From: Acidobacteriota bacterium
Lineage (GTDB): Bacteria > Acidobacteriota > UBA6911 > RPQK01 > JAJDTT01
DNA length: 64,000 nt
Assembly (NCBI GenBank): GCA_965217775.1
Contig: CBDCJH010000002.1
Location: forward strand, 3,318,686 to 3,382,685
Reading direction: 5' to 3'
Shown piece after piece: positions 44,957 through 55,090 of this stretch (position 1 is the stretch's first letter; every line of letters starts with the position of its first letter). Under the pieces are notes generated by a model. It was not told where the DNA came from. It did not search any database and saw only the letters and a program-made list of their open reading frames with translations. The translations under genes were made by a program, and so were the position numbers.

Positions 44957-46549
44957 ATGAAGACGCTTTTCGCGGTTATTCTGTTTCTGACCCACCTCCC
45001 ATCTCTTCCCGGTCTTCCCCAGAACCAGAAGCCTCCGGAGGAAGAGATCGATTACTACAAGAAATGGCTGCAGGAAGACGTCCGCTACATCATTGTCGAT
45101 GAAGAACGGGCTGTCTTCGAGAAACTCAACACGGACGACGAGCGAGACGCCTTCATAGAACAGTTCTGGCGCCGGCGAGATACCGACCCGGCGACGGCCA
45201 TCAATGAGTTCCAGGAGGAACATTATCGTAGGATCGCCTACGCCAACGACCGATTCCGGTCCGGCGTCGAGGGCTGGGCCACCGACCGCGGCCGGATCTA
45301 CATCACTTTCGGTCCTCCCGACAATATCGACGACCATCCCGGCGGATACTACGCCCGCCGGCCGGAAGAGGGGGGCGGCATGACCAGCACCTATGCGTTT
45401 CAGCGCTGGTTCTACCGGTTCATCCCTGGAATAGGACCCGGTGTCGAGATCGAGTTCGTCGACCCCACCAATACGGGGGAATACCGGATCGCGCTGCGGC
45501 CGACCGAGAAGGATGCCCTCTTTGTGGCCGGGGGAGGAATGACGGACGGGGAATTCCGCGGTGAGGTGGATCGGGCCGGGCGCGTGCGCTCCGCCCTCTT
45601 GATGAGGAACCTGGGTCTGGAGGGCGATCCCTACTACATGACGGGGGCTCAGCCGCTGCAGCGCGTGCGCAACTATTTCTACGCCAAGCGCCCTCCCAAG
45701 CTCCAGTTTGGAGAACTGCAGAATCTGGTGGACACCCAGCTCTACTACGATTCCATACCGGTTCAGATCGGAGTCAATCAATTCCGGGTGGGACCGGACC
45801 AGGTGCTGGCTCCCGTCACCCTCAGGATTGGACGGGAGCAGCTGACCTATGGGGAAACGGAAGGGGGCCGGCGGGCCGTCCTGAACATCTATGGCAGGGT
45901 GACCGACCTGGGAAATCGGATCGCGTACGAGTTCGAGGATACCGTTCTGGCGGATCAGCCCGCCGACCTGCAGCCGGAGGAAATCGGGGGCGTGGCCACC
46001 TACCAGAGGAGCATTCCCCTGCGATCCGGCCGATACAAACTGACTCTGATCCTGAAGGACGGGAACAGTGGGAAGGTCTCGGTCACCGCGACTCCGATCC
46101 GCGTCGTCCCCTTCGAGTCCAAGACCCTGACGACGAGCAGCATCATCCTTGCCGACAAGGTCCTGTCTTCGGAACCCGGAACCCTTCTGAGCGAGCCCTT
46201 CGTGGTCCCCGGCGGTTTCAAGATCTTCCCCAACGTGACTCAGGAGTTCACGAACCGGGACCGCTGTTTCTTCTATGTGGAGGCCTATGAGGTGGCCATC
46301 GATCAGTCGACGCTTCAACCCCTGCTGGGAGCCGAGATCTATCTGGTCCACGATGGCCGTATCGTGCAGCAGGAACAGCCCAAGGCCGTGACCCTGGGCG
46401 ATCGGGTCGCCCTTTTCCACGACGTGGATCTGAGCCGGCTCCTTTCAGGAAAGCATCGCATCGAGTTGCACGTGGACGACCGCATCAGCGGTCAGCGAGT
46501 CATCCGCCGCGCAGAGATCACGATTCTGGACGACTCCCGCGGTTCCTGA
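44957..46549 (+). CDS. GWxTD-domain protein
   Basis: Signal peptide MKTLFAVILFL.. N-terminal block FIEQFWRRRD..EHYRRIAYANDRF....GWATDRGRIYITFGPPD carries the GWxTD signature. The C-terminal part is paralogous to 2-1042. Confidence 0.85.
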   Translation: MKTLFAVILFLTHLPSLPGLPQNQKPPEEEIDYYKKWLQEDVRYIIVDEERAVFEKLNTDDERDAFIEQFWRRRDTDPATAINEFQEEHYRRIAYANDRFRSGVEGWATDRGRIYITFGPPDNIDDHPGGYYARRPEEGGGMTSTYAFQRWFYRFIPGIGPGVEIEFVDPTNTGEYRIALRPTEKDALFVAGGGMTDGEFRGEVDRAGRVRSALLMRNLGLEGDPYYMTGAQPLQRVRNYFYAKRPPKLQFGELQNLVDTQLYYDSIPVQIGVNQFRVGPDQVLAPVTLRIGREQLTYGETEGGRRAVLNIYGRVTDLGNRIAYEFEDTVLADQPADLQPEEIGGVATYQRSIPLRSGRYKLTLILKDGNSGKVSVTATPIRVVPFESKTLTTSSIILADKVLSSEPGTLLSEPFVVPGGFKIFPNVTQEFTNRDRCFFYVEAYEVAIDQSTLQPLLGAEIYLVHDGRIVQQEQPKAVTLGDRVALFHDVDLSRLLSGKHRIELHVDDRISGQRVIRRAEITILDDSRGS

Positions 46550-46620
46550 CCGGATCGAGACGGGCGAGCAGGCGCTGAAGACGAAAATCCCCCGCGATCA
46601 TCACGCCGCCCGGGTCAGGA

Positions 46621-48165
46621 TTATTTCTGGGCGGTGACCGGGTTTCCCGGTACGAACTGGAAAGCGAACAGCTTCGCGTTCTTGAAGTGGAATCGGAGCT
46701 TGACCGGCTTTCCGGCAAGTCCCGCCACGTCGGAACTTCCCCTCCAGGTGACCAGCCGTCCCATGCCGGTCTCACTGAGAGGATCACAGTCGTCGAAACC
46801 GTAACCGGAAATCGGTTTGTAGTCGGTTCCCAGAATCTCGACCCGGACCTCTGCGGGATGAGCTCCCCAACGCTGGAAGGCCGCCCGCAGATTGAGCCGC
46901 AGCTCGCTGCCGGAAAAGGTGAAGGTCCGGGTAACGGCCTTGCTGAAGGCCAGTTTTGAACCGTCCAGAGAAACGAAGCCATCCAAGGGCAGAATCGCCA
47001 ATCCGATGGCTCCGTAGGCCCGCTCTTCCCCCAGCATCTCCAGTTGTTCCGGGGACCTCCAGTTCACCCCGCCGTAGTAGAAGAAGATCTTCTCCCCTTG
47101 GATGGCCGGTCTGAGGCCGTAGATCGCCACCGAGTCGAAGGCGTCCCCCGCTCCGGCCGGTATGAACGGACTGCGGTAGCGGCGGTCATAGTGGATGCCA
47201 TCCCGGCTGAAGACGAATTGGGGCAGGATCGTGGTGTTCGTGGTCCTGAAGTTCCAGAGCATTCCGATGGTGAATCCTTCGTAGGCAGTGGCGTGAAGCG
47301 AGTAGAACTCGGTGTCGGGATAATCATGGCCGTCGGGAAGGATGACCGGGACGGCTTCGCTCCAACGGATCATGTCGGGGCTCTCCGCTCGCCCGATGAA
47401 ACGTTTGCCCAGGGGGCATCTCTGATGACCGCAGATCTCCATGTGGGCGACGTAGACTTGGTGCACGGGATCCCAACCCATCACCGATGTCGGTCCCCAG
47501 CGGCCCTTGCGCTCTCCCCAGTCGATGACCGGATTGCCGGGATGGGCCGACCAGTTGAAGGCGTCTCCGGAATGGTAGAGATGGAACTGCATCCCGGTCC
47601 TTCCCGTCTCGTTGGAAAGCTTTCCCCCCACGGTCTGCACCATGGCTTTGTAGCGTTTCGACGGATCCGGCTCCCGGGCATCGAAGACGATGCCACCCTT
47701 GAATCCGAGCCAGTTGTCCTCACCGACGATGTTGTTGTCCCGGGAGCCGGCGAACTCCACCAGCCCCAGTGAAGGTTTATCCCAACGGTAGCCGTCGGAG
47801 GAAGTGGCGTAGCAGATTCGACGGCCCGCGCTTTCGGGTTCTCCTCCGGCAACGGGAGTCCAATTGCTGGTCGAGTACCACATCCGGAATTTCCGTTGAT
47901 CCGGGTCATAGAAAACCGTTCCGTAGTGGATGTAGTTGCCTTCCCAGGGGCGGTCCCGAGGGATGACGGGATTGTCGACCGCCTTGCGGGGATGATTCAG
48001 GACCAGCGCCGTGTCCTCCAGGGACTCCAGCAGAAACTCGTCCAGGAAAAGTTGTTTGCTGCTCCCAATGGGGATGATGCTGCCGTTGCGAGGGGCAGCG
48101 GCCGTCTGGATCTGCATCAGCACCAGACTCGATACCAGCAACGTCAGGACTCTTACCATCCGCAT
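46621..48165 (-). CDS. putative glycoside hydrolase-like protein, type B propeller/sandwich family
   Basis: Signal peptide. Blocks QLFLDEFLLE, DNPVI, PWEG, FRMWY, YATSSDGYRWDKP, NNIV, SGDAFNW, SRDGIHY, VKLRFHFKNAKLFAFQF. Confidence 0.85.
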   Translation of the reverse strand: MRMVRVLTLLVSSLVLMQIQTAAAPRNGSIIPIGSSKQLFLDEFLLESLEDTALVLNHPRKAVDNPVIPRDRPWEGNYIHYGTVFYDPDQRKFRMWYSTSNWTPVAGGEPESAGRRICYATSSDGYRWDKPSLGLVEFAGSRDNNIVGEDNWLGFKGGIVFDAREPDPSKRYKAMVQTVGGKLSNETGRTGMQFHLYHSGDAFNWSAHPGNPVIDWGERKGRWGPTSVMGWDPVHQVYVAHMEICGHQRCPLGKRFIGRAESPDMIRWSEAVPVILPDGHDYPDTEFYSLHATAYEGFTIGMLWNFRTTNTTILPQFVFSRDGIHYDRRYRSPFIPAGAGDAFDSVAIYGLRPAIQGEKIFFYYGGVNWRSPEQLEMLGEERAYGAIGLAILPLDGFVSLDGSKLAFSKAVTRTFTFSGSELRLNLRAAFQRWGAHPAEVRVEILGTDYKPISGYGFDDCDPLSETGMGRLVTWRGSSDVAGLAGKPVKLRFHFKNAKLFAFQFVPGNPVTAQK

Positions 48166-48189
48166 CTCAAACCTCCTTTGTGGCCCCGA

Positions 48190-49836
48190 TCAAGACTCGG
48201 GCCGGGCAAACCGAATCGAGAAGAGGTCCGCATCCTTCATCACGATACGGAGCCGAACGACCCGGCCTTCCAGGCGGCTCAAGTCGGAGCCCTCCGCCCA
48301 GCGTACGACCTGCTCGATCTTGTCTCCGATGATCTCGGGACAATCGGCCAGCCGGAACCCCGGGATCGGTTCGCCTTCCGCGTCCTGGATTTCCACGCGG
48401 AGGCTGCCGGCCGCCGAGGTCGAGAAGTTCAGGACGAGTTTCGTCCCCTGGAATTTCAAGGGACGGGTCACCATCTCGCCGCCATCGTAATTCGCGTGCA
48501 GGGAGGCAAAGCCGTCGCTGCGCAGAATGTAGCGCCTCACGTGACCCGAAGGCAGCTCGTAGTGACGCGTCACGTAGAAGGACACCTCATCCCCGGCGGT
48601 GGGGACGATCCCGATTCCGGGAAAGTTGGTCCGAGTGCCCCAGTTCTCGAGTCCGGGACCCGGCCGCAGAAAGGCCTCGGGGAAGGTCCGCTCATAACTG
48701 TCCCCTCCGCGGCTGGTCAGGAGGATGGCGTCCGAGCAGTTCTTCCAGGTCCACCAGGGCATCCCATCCGGCTGGAGGGACCGGCCCTCCTCTTCGCTCA
48801 AGGCCTGCTGGCCGGGCAGGAAGCGTGCGGCCAGACCGATGTAGAGATGGGGCGCTCGAAAGTAGGGTTGGGTCGCGCTGGTATAGAGCTGTTCGTTCAC
48901 GGTGGGAGGGTACTGGCTGAATTTCATCGTCTGCCAGTCACTCCAGTGGACCAGATCCTGAGAGACGGCCCGCTGGATGGTCCGGATCACCCCGGTTCTC
49001 TTCCAGGTCCGGCCGCCGTCCGCAGAGTAGCGGAAAGCGTCGTCGCCGGCCCGGTCCCCGCCGAGAATGGAGAACTCCCCCTTTCTGGTGAGCAAGGATC
49101 GGAACGAGGCGGGATCGTCACCCAAACGCCTGATTTTCAATCCCAGTTCGACGTTGGAACGGCCGAACGCCACATAACAATTTTCCGTTTCACTCCAGAA
49201 AAGACTCGCGCCTTCGATGGAAGGCCGGTCGTGGAGCTTCCTCCAATGGATGCCGTCAGCCGAGACCAGGATCCGGGAGCCAGTCTCGGGTGTCGATCTC
49301 GGCGGGGCCTTCACCGCCTTGAAGCGCTCTGAGGGAGGCACCCCGGGACGGGTATCCAGGAAGGGAGTGAATCCGCTGGAATCGAACAGAACGTTGTTGT
49401 TCCGCGTTCCCCTGATCTCCACCAGACCGAGGTTCGGCTTGGACCACTGGATCCCGTCGGAACTCGACGCGTAGCAGGTGGACTCGGTCAGTGCCTCCGT
49501 CTGGGGGTTCCAGACCATGCCCCGGTAGTACATGTGGTAGCTCTCCCCGTCCTTCACGACGTTGGGAAAGGCGGAGCCCAGACCTTCCCAGGGCCGGTCG
49601 AATTGGATGGCCACCTCCGCCGGCCGGGGATGATGCAACTGGAGACGGACCCCCTCCATCCGCTGGATCAGGTAATGGTCCACGAACAGCTCCAGTCGAG
49701 ATCCGATGTCTGGAATCGGCTCGCTTCCTGCCGCGGCGAAACCATTCCCCAAAAGGAGAGCTACACCCGTGGCCAATGCCAGCACTCGTCCAGGCCTCCA
49801 GTTGAAGCACCGTTTCGCGGGTGGATTCTTGCTCAT
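48190..49836 (-). CDS. putative glycoside hydrolase-like protein, type A propeller/sandwich family
   Basis: Signal peptide. Blocks LELFVDHYLIQ, PWEG, YHMYYRG, CYASSSDGIQWSKP, NNVL, SADGIHW, PYFRAPHLY, LRSDGFAS, GSLRVEIQD, RLRIVMKDADLFS. It carries an extra insert relative to its paralogs. Confidence 0.85.
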   Translation of the reverse strand: MSKNPPAKRCFNWRPGRVLALATGVALLLGNGFAAAGSEPIPDIGSRLELFVDHYLIQRMEGVRLQLHHPRPAEVAIQFDRPWEGLGSAFPNVVKDGESYHMYYRGMVWNPQTEALTESTCYASSSDGIQWSKPNLGLVEIRGTRNNNVLFDSSGFTPFLDTRPGVPPSERFKAVKAPPRSTPETGSRILVSADGIHWRKLHDRPSIEGASLFWSETENCYVAFGRSNVELGLKIRRLGDDPASFRSLLTRKGEFSILGGDRAGDDAFRYSADGGRTWKRTGVIRTIQRAVSQDLVHWSDWQTMKFSQYPPTVNEQLYTSATQPYFRAPHLYIGLAARFLPGQQALSEEEGRSLQPDGMPWWTWKNCSDAILLTSRGGDSYERTFPEAFLRPGPGLENWGTRTNFPGIGIVPTAGDEVSFYVTRHYELPSGHVRRYILRSDGFASLHANYDGGEMVTRPLKFQGTKLVLNFSTSAAGSLRVEIQDAEGEPIPGFRLADCPEIIGDKIEQVVRWAEGSDLSRLEGRVVRLRIVMKDADLFSIRFARPES

Positions 49837-50397
49837 TTCGACCTCCTTGCAGTCCCTGACAAAAGCCTGATATCACGCCTTCAGGCTCGATTCGCAAGTT
49901 GACGTTCATCTCGCGTCATGCCGGATTGGGGGCGCGCCTACCAGCGGATCGGGCCAAAGAGCCTCCTGAGGCTTAGAACGGGCTCACGGGGAGAACGCCG
50001 AACATCGGACGAAATTGCTCTCGATCGTGTTTCCATCCTGGACCAGTGGTGGCAGGTAAAAAAAGCGATCGGGTTCCGCTGCGTCAAACCGGATATGGTT
50101 TCATTGTCAACGGCTCTCCCCTTAATTCTCACAACAACCGATGCAGAGGCATTCAGTACGGTTGGTCCCTACCCCGGGCGATCGGGCCACCAAACGAGAG
50201 GAGTCTCTATGAATCGATCCCTGATTGTGACCTCTCTGTTGTCCGCCAGTCAATCATGGGCGGTCTCGGGCCGGGGAGGGAACGAGCATTATTTGTCGGG
50301 CCATCTGCTACGACGATCGGCTCCAGGAGTTTCGATTGTGATGCTGCACCGCCGCCCCAAACGACGACACCGGCAGGGAGCCGGATGAAGTCTCGGT

Positions 50398-51417
50398 TCA
50401 GCCTTCGTACGAGGGCCGTCCCGCGTCCCGATGCCAGGTTCTCACCAAGTGCCGTTTGTTGAGCGCGTCGGGAGGATCCCGAAACGCACTGCGGTAGTGC
50501 GCGATGTCGTTATTGTTGACGTACTGCTGCTGTCCCCGTTCGATAGGCAGCTCGAACCAGAACTCCGGGTCTGCCGCCAGTTGTTGAAACGCTCCCAGCG
50601 CCGCGCCCAGCGTGTCGTCCATTTCCCGCTCCGCGACCTCGTATCCCTTGCGGACCAGGCTGGGATTGGCCCGTGCGGTCAGGCACCCATCCTCCCAGCG
50701 GAACATGGGAGCGACGGCGACCTTGGGAGCGACGGCGGCGTGCTCGGCCTGCCGGTCCCAGAGCATGGGACGGTAGAGCCGTGAGAGGAGGCGCGGCCGC
50801 GTTTCCAGCAGTTGATCGTGAACGGCTGCCAGGCTGCAAAACCGGCTGACGCCACCCTCCAGGGCCGGATGGATGCACAGCAGGCCGACATACGTTGGCG
50901 GAGCAATGCCGAAAGCGTTGTCGGTGTGAAAGACCAGCTCGACCCGGGTATAGGATGCACGCACGCCGTACCCGTACTCCAGGCCCTTGTCGGTGACATC
51001 GTAGAGCATGGTCCCGTCCCATTTCTGGGCGACGTTGCGGCCGATGAGAGTTCCCAGACTCCAGGACACGGAGAGGGCCGTCTCGTGATCGATGTCATCC
51101 AGGGGAAATCGGTCCAGCACCACGACGCCGATGCCGTCCTCCAGTGCACGCTTGACCTTCGCCATCAGGCGCCGCAACCGCGGAATGTCGAAGTGGTCTG
51201 CGTGCCTCAACAGGACCGGCAGGGGCGTCATTCGAATCTGTTCGCACATGGCCGCCAGTTCGTTGCGCTCTCTTGCGTCGAACTCGAAGACGCAGCCTGC
51301 CGGGTCGATCTGGTGCGACCGCCAGCTCCGGACCCGCGCACCGAGCGGACTCGCCGGAGCTGCGGTGGGTTCCCCACCCACCGGAATGCATCCTGGTACG
51401 GCCATGTCATTCCCCAT
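50398..51417 (-). CDS. TauD/TfdA-family Fe(II)/2-oxoglutarate dioxygenase
   Basis: HxD iron motif in VFHTDNAF, distal His in NNNDIAHYRSAF, and an overall TauD-like pattern. Confidence 0.7.
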   Translation of the reverse strand: MGNDMAVPGCIPVGGEPTAAPASPLGARVRSWRSHQIDPAGCVFEFDARERNELAAMCEQIRMTPLPVLLRHADHFDIPRLRRLMAKVKRALEDGIGVVVLDRFPLDDIDHETALSVSWSLGTLIGRNVAQKWDGTMLYDVTDKGLEYGYGVRASYTRVELVFHTDNAFGIAPPTYVGLLCIHPALEGGVSRFCSLAAVHDQLLETRPRLLSRLYRPMLWDRQAEHAAVAPKVAVAPMFRWEDGCLTARANPSLVRKGYEVAEREMDDTLGAALGAFQQLAADPEFWFELPIERGQQQYVNNNDIAHYRSAFRDPPDALNKRHLVRTWHRDAGRPSYEG

Positions 51418-51563
51418 AGGTCCTCACTCACTGCCGCAGCCGACCGGCGCCGTCATATCCAGGGTAGGTGTCAACGGTCGGAATGTGAACTCCGGACGGT
51501 TTCGCGAGAACCTGGCAAGACGGAAGAAGGCGGTTACCATAAGTCAAGGAGAAGGAGGTCCAA

Positions 51564-52433
51564 ATGAGAATCATCGCTATCGTATCCCTGGCCCTGGCCG
51601 TCCTGGCTCCTCTTCCCGGCCAGAACCGAACGGAGGTGGAGAGGCCCGGGAGAGTCAAGATATTGGAGTCCCCTTCCGGGGTCCGTTTCGCTCTGCTGGG
51701 GGAGGCGGGTGAGCGGCCGGCTCCGACAGTTCTTGTCTTCGGAGGGGGGATGCGTGCGGGCCTGGAGGGCAGGTCCGGCACCCTATGTTGGATCCTGGCT
51801 CGGCACGGCTTCCTTTCGGTCGCGCTGGACAGTCCCAGCCACGGAGATGATCAGAGGTCCGGCGAGCCGTTCGGCCTCGCAGGGTGGCGGGACCGTCTGG
51901 AGAAGGGCGAGGACTTCCTCGCTGACTTCCTGAAAAGAACCTCCTCCGTGCTGAATTACCTGATCCGGCAGCGAGTCACGGATCCGGAGTGGATCGTCGC
52001 TTACGGCTCGTCCCGGGGCGGTTTCCTGGCCCTGCATTTCGCCGCGGTCGAGCCTCGAATCGGCTCCGCGGTCGCGTTCGCTCCTGTCACGGATCTGCTG
52101 GCCTTGCAGGAATTCCAGGGAATAAGAGACAAAGCTGCGGCCCGTTCTTTGGACGTCATGGAGCTGGCGCCGAAGCTGGCCGGGCGTCGCCTCTTCATCC
52201 AGATGGGACACAACGACGAGCGGGTGGGCGGCCGCCACGCCATCGACTTCGCTCTGAGGGTCATGGAGCTGTCGCCCTTCCACATGAAGCCCTTGCGGGG
52301 CATCTGGTCAGGGGACGTGTTGAAGCTGGTGATCACCCCGTCGGAAAGTCAAAACGGCCACACGACCTACGACAGAGCCCACCACGATGCCGCGGAATGG
52401 ATCCTTCGAGGAACCGGAGAGGGAGGGAGCTGA
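51564..52433 (+). CDS. alpha/beta hydrolase (dienelactone hydrolase / S9 / carbohydrate-esterase-like)
   Basis: Signal peptide, nucleophile elbow YGSSRGG, and later HNDERV and NGHT as candidate Asp and His of the triad. Confidence 0.7.
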   Translation: MRIIAIVSLALAVLAPLPGQNRTEVERPGRVKILESPSGVRFALLGEAGERPAPTVLVFGGGMRAGLEGRSGTLCWILARHGFLSVALDSPSHGDDQRSGEPFGLAGWRDRLEKGEDFLADFLKRTSSVLNYLIRQRVTDPEWIVAYGSSRGGFLALHFAAVEPRIGSAVAFAPVTDLLALQEFQGIRDKAAARSLDVMELAPKLAGRRLFIQMGHNDERVGGRHAIDFALRVMELSPFHMKPLRGIWSGDVLKLVITPSESQNGHTTYDRAHHDAAEWILRGTGEGGS

Positions 52434-52482
52434 GCCACGTCACCGGAGGGACCAGGAGCCCGGGGGAAACAACCCGGAGAAT

Positions 52483-52515
52483 CAGACTGTCCCTATCTCT
52501 GAGAAGGGGACAGTC
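52483..52515 (+). promoter_or_regulatory. copy (e) of conserved motif, here as a complete hairpin
   Basis: CAGACTGTCCC-TATCTCTGAGAAG-GGGACAGTC: a 9-bp stem with a 13-nt loop. It lies 115 nt upstream of the racemase GTG. Confidence 0.45.
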
Positions 52516-52629
52516 ACTGATGGCAACTGTACTCCGGGCGTTTCGGCAGGACTTGGCTCGCATGTATCATCGAGGCGTACCCAGGAGACCCTGGTGGGAC
52601 ACCTGCACGGACCTGAAAGAGGAGGAGTC

Positions 52630-53400
52630 GTGCGAATCAGAGTGATCAATCCCTTCGGCGGAACCGAGTTCAGGGGACGGGAGAACCTGGAGCGCATCAG
52701 GCGAAGCGGCACCGAGTTCGACATGGTCAACATCGCCGACGCCTATCCGCTGAAGAACAACCAGTTCCTGTACTTCCGGCACAAGTGCACCGATGCGACG
52801 CTGGAACAGGTGACACAGGCCGAGAAGGACGGATGCGACGCCGCCTTCATTTCCTGCAACCTGGACATTGGACTCTACGAAGCCCGTTCTCTGGTGGACA
52901 TCCCGGTTACGGCCACGCTGGAGTCGGCGGCACTGATAGCGTACGCCATGTGTGAACGTTTCTCCCTGATCTCCGTGGACGACCAGAATGGACGCATCCA
53001 ACGCATGATCCTGAGGCAGTACGGCCTGGACGGCAAAGTGGCGTCACACCGATCCATCGGCATCGATGCCAATGACCTCTACCCGGAGAAGACGCCGGAA
53101 GACGAGGTCTACCGGCGCGCAGTCGAGGTGTCCCGGCAGTGTGTCCGGGAGGACGGTGCTGAAATGCTGATCTCGGGATGCACCCTCATGGGTTCCGTTC
53201 TCACCCACCGCGGCGCCCAGGCCATCGACGAAATCGGCGCCCCGGTGATCGACGGCATGGTCACCGGCTTCAAGATGGCGGAAATGATGTACGACATCTG
53301 CCGTCTGACGGGCCTGCCTCCCGTGAGCCGAACGGGCTTCTTCCAGTTCCCTCCCGCCGACGACGTGAAACGGCTGAGGGACTTCTACGGGCGGAGATGA
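52630..53400 (+). CDS. Asp/Glu/hydantoin racemase-family protein
   Basis: GGAGGAG RBS with a GTG start. Two catalytic-cysteine contexts typical of the family (AAFISCNLD and MLISGCTLMG). Overall pattern resembles HyuE-like racemases. Confidence 0.7.
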   Translation: MRIRVINPFGGTEFRGRENLERIRRSGTEFDMVNIADAYPLKNNQFLYFRHKCTDATLEQVTQAEKDGCDAAFISCNLDIGLYEARSLVDIPVTATLESAALIAYAMCERFSLISVDDQNGRIQRMILRQYGLDGKVASHRSIGIDANDLYPEKTPEDEVYRRAVEVSRQCVREDGAEMLISGCTLMGSVLTHRGAQAIDEIGAPVIDGMVTGFKMAEMMYDICRLTGLPPVSRTGFFQFPPADDVKRLRDFYGRR

Positions 53401-53554
53401 AGATCAGGTCATACCTGGGGGCTTGAGGGAGATCGTGCCGGTAACCGAGACCTGGCTGTCGCGGCGGCGCCAAGGCAAAAATCCCGGTCGACCTCCGCGT
53501 CCTTCGCGGAAGCATTGCCGGCCGATTGCCCCGCGTTGGGGAGGATTACCACCT

Positions 53555-55000
53555 ATGAGCCGACCTGGACTACGGACCGTGCCATGGCTGATTCTTTCGA
53601 TCGCCTTGGGGGGACTCTCTTCCGCCTGCACCCGAATCCCTGAGGGGCCGAACATCGTCCTGATCCTGGCCGACGATCTGGCCTGGAACCAGTTGGGTTG
53701 CTACGGAAGCAGCTTCTACGAGACTCCTCATCTCGACGCTCTGGCCCGCCAGGGGATGCGTTTCACCGACGCCTACGCCGCCAGTCCGATCTGTTCCCCG
53801 ACCCGTGCCAGCATCATGACGGGAACGTACCCGGCACGACTCCGCGTCACCCAGTTCATCTCTCCTGGAGACTACGCCGGGGATGCCATCAGGCTGCTGG
53901 AGCCGGACTGTACCCGCCGGCTACCCCTGGAGGAGGAGACGATCGCCGAGGCCCTGAAGGATATGGGCTACGTCACGGCTGCATTCGGCAAGTGGCACCT
54001 CAGCCAAGCCAAGACCCCTCCCGGGAGCCTGCCCTTCAATCCGGACAAGCAGGGTTTCGACCAGCACTTCGTGACCTACAAGCCGGTCCCCCGCATGGCC
54101 AGGGAGTGGCAGACGCCGGAGAACGATGCCCACAACGTCCGCATCATCACCGAGAAATCCCTGGAGTTCATGGAGAAGAACCGGGAAAGGCCCTTCTTCC
54201 TCTTCGTTTCTCACAACAGCGTTCACACCCCCCTGGTGGAGAAGGAGGCGCTGATCTCCAAGTACCGGGCCAAGCCGGACGTCGACGCCCCCACCAACCA
54301 CCCGGTCATCGGAGCCATGATCGAGACCCTGGACCTCAGCGTCGGCCGACTGCTGGCCAAGCTGGACGAGCTGGGCATGTCGGAGAGGACCCTGGTGCTC
54401 TTCTTCTCCGACAATGGAGGCTTGGAATGGAGCGGAGATGACGGACCGGTCCCGGCCAATCATCCGCTTCGCGCCGGCAAGGGGGACCTCTACGAAGGAG
54501 GGATCCGAGTACCCTTGATCGCCCGCTGGCCGAACGTGATCGCCTCCGGCAGCATAGTTGAGGAGCTAGTCAGCAGCATCGATCTCTTCCCTACCCTGGT
54601 GCAAGTCGCGGGAGGAGTCGAGAAGCGGGGCGAAATCGACGGCGTGAGCCTGCTGCCGCTCCTGCGAGGGGCCGCCACACTGGACCGCGACGCCCTCTTC
54701 TGGCACTACCCCCACTACCACGGCTCCGGCGCCCTGCCCTCGAGCGCCGTTCGCAAAGGGCGTTACAAGCTGCTGGAGTGGCACGAAGAAAGGATCTACG
54801 GGCTGGAGAATCGGTACGAGCTCTACGACCTGACGCGCGACCTGGGAGAATCCAACGATTTGGCATCCAGCAGGCCCGAAAAGACCCGCGAGCTGGCCAC
54901 GGATCTGGAGAACTGGAGAACTTCGGTGGGAGCCCAGATGCCGCAGCGTAATCCGGCTTACCGGTCCGCCGGAGGTCCCGGCGCGCCTCGAAAGGATTGA
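53555..55000 (+). CDS. S1 sulfatase (lipoprotein), canonical CSPTR motif, close paralog of 16415-17908
   Basis: Lipobox LSSAC. Blocks NIVLILADDLAWN, SPICSPTRASIMTGTYP, GKWHL, SDNGG, GKGDLYEGGIRVP. Long stretches are identical to 16415-17908. Confidence 0.92.
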   Translation: MSRPGLRTVPWLILSIALGGLSSACTRIPEGPNIVLILADDLAWNQLGCYGSSFYETPHLDALARQGMRFTDAYAASPICSPTRASIMTGTYPARLRVTQFISPGDYAGDAIRLLEPDCTRRLPLEEETIAEALKDMGYVTAAFGKWHLSQAKTPPGSLPFNPDKQGFDQHFVTYKPVPRMAREWQTPENDAHNVRIITEKSLEFMEKNRERPFFLFVSHNSVHTPLVEKEALISKYRAKPDVDAPTNHPVIGAMIETLDLSVGRLLAKLDELGMSERTLVLFFSDNGGLEWSGDDGPVPANHPLRAGKGDLYEGGIRVPLIARWPNVIASGSIVEELVSSIDLFPTLVQVAGGVEKRGEIDGVSLLPLLRGAATLDRDALFWHYPHYHGSGALPSSAVRKGRYKLLEWHEERIYGLENRYELYDLTRDLGESNDLASSRPEKTRELATDLENWRTSVGAQMPQRNPAYRSAGGPGAPRKD

Positions 55001-55090
55001 TACCGTTCGACGGAGCAGACGGGACCGGGTTGGCGGAATGCGCCGGAACTCAGCCCGTTCGGCTCGACCGACTCGCTATGGCGTCGTCGC

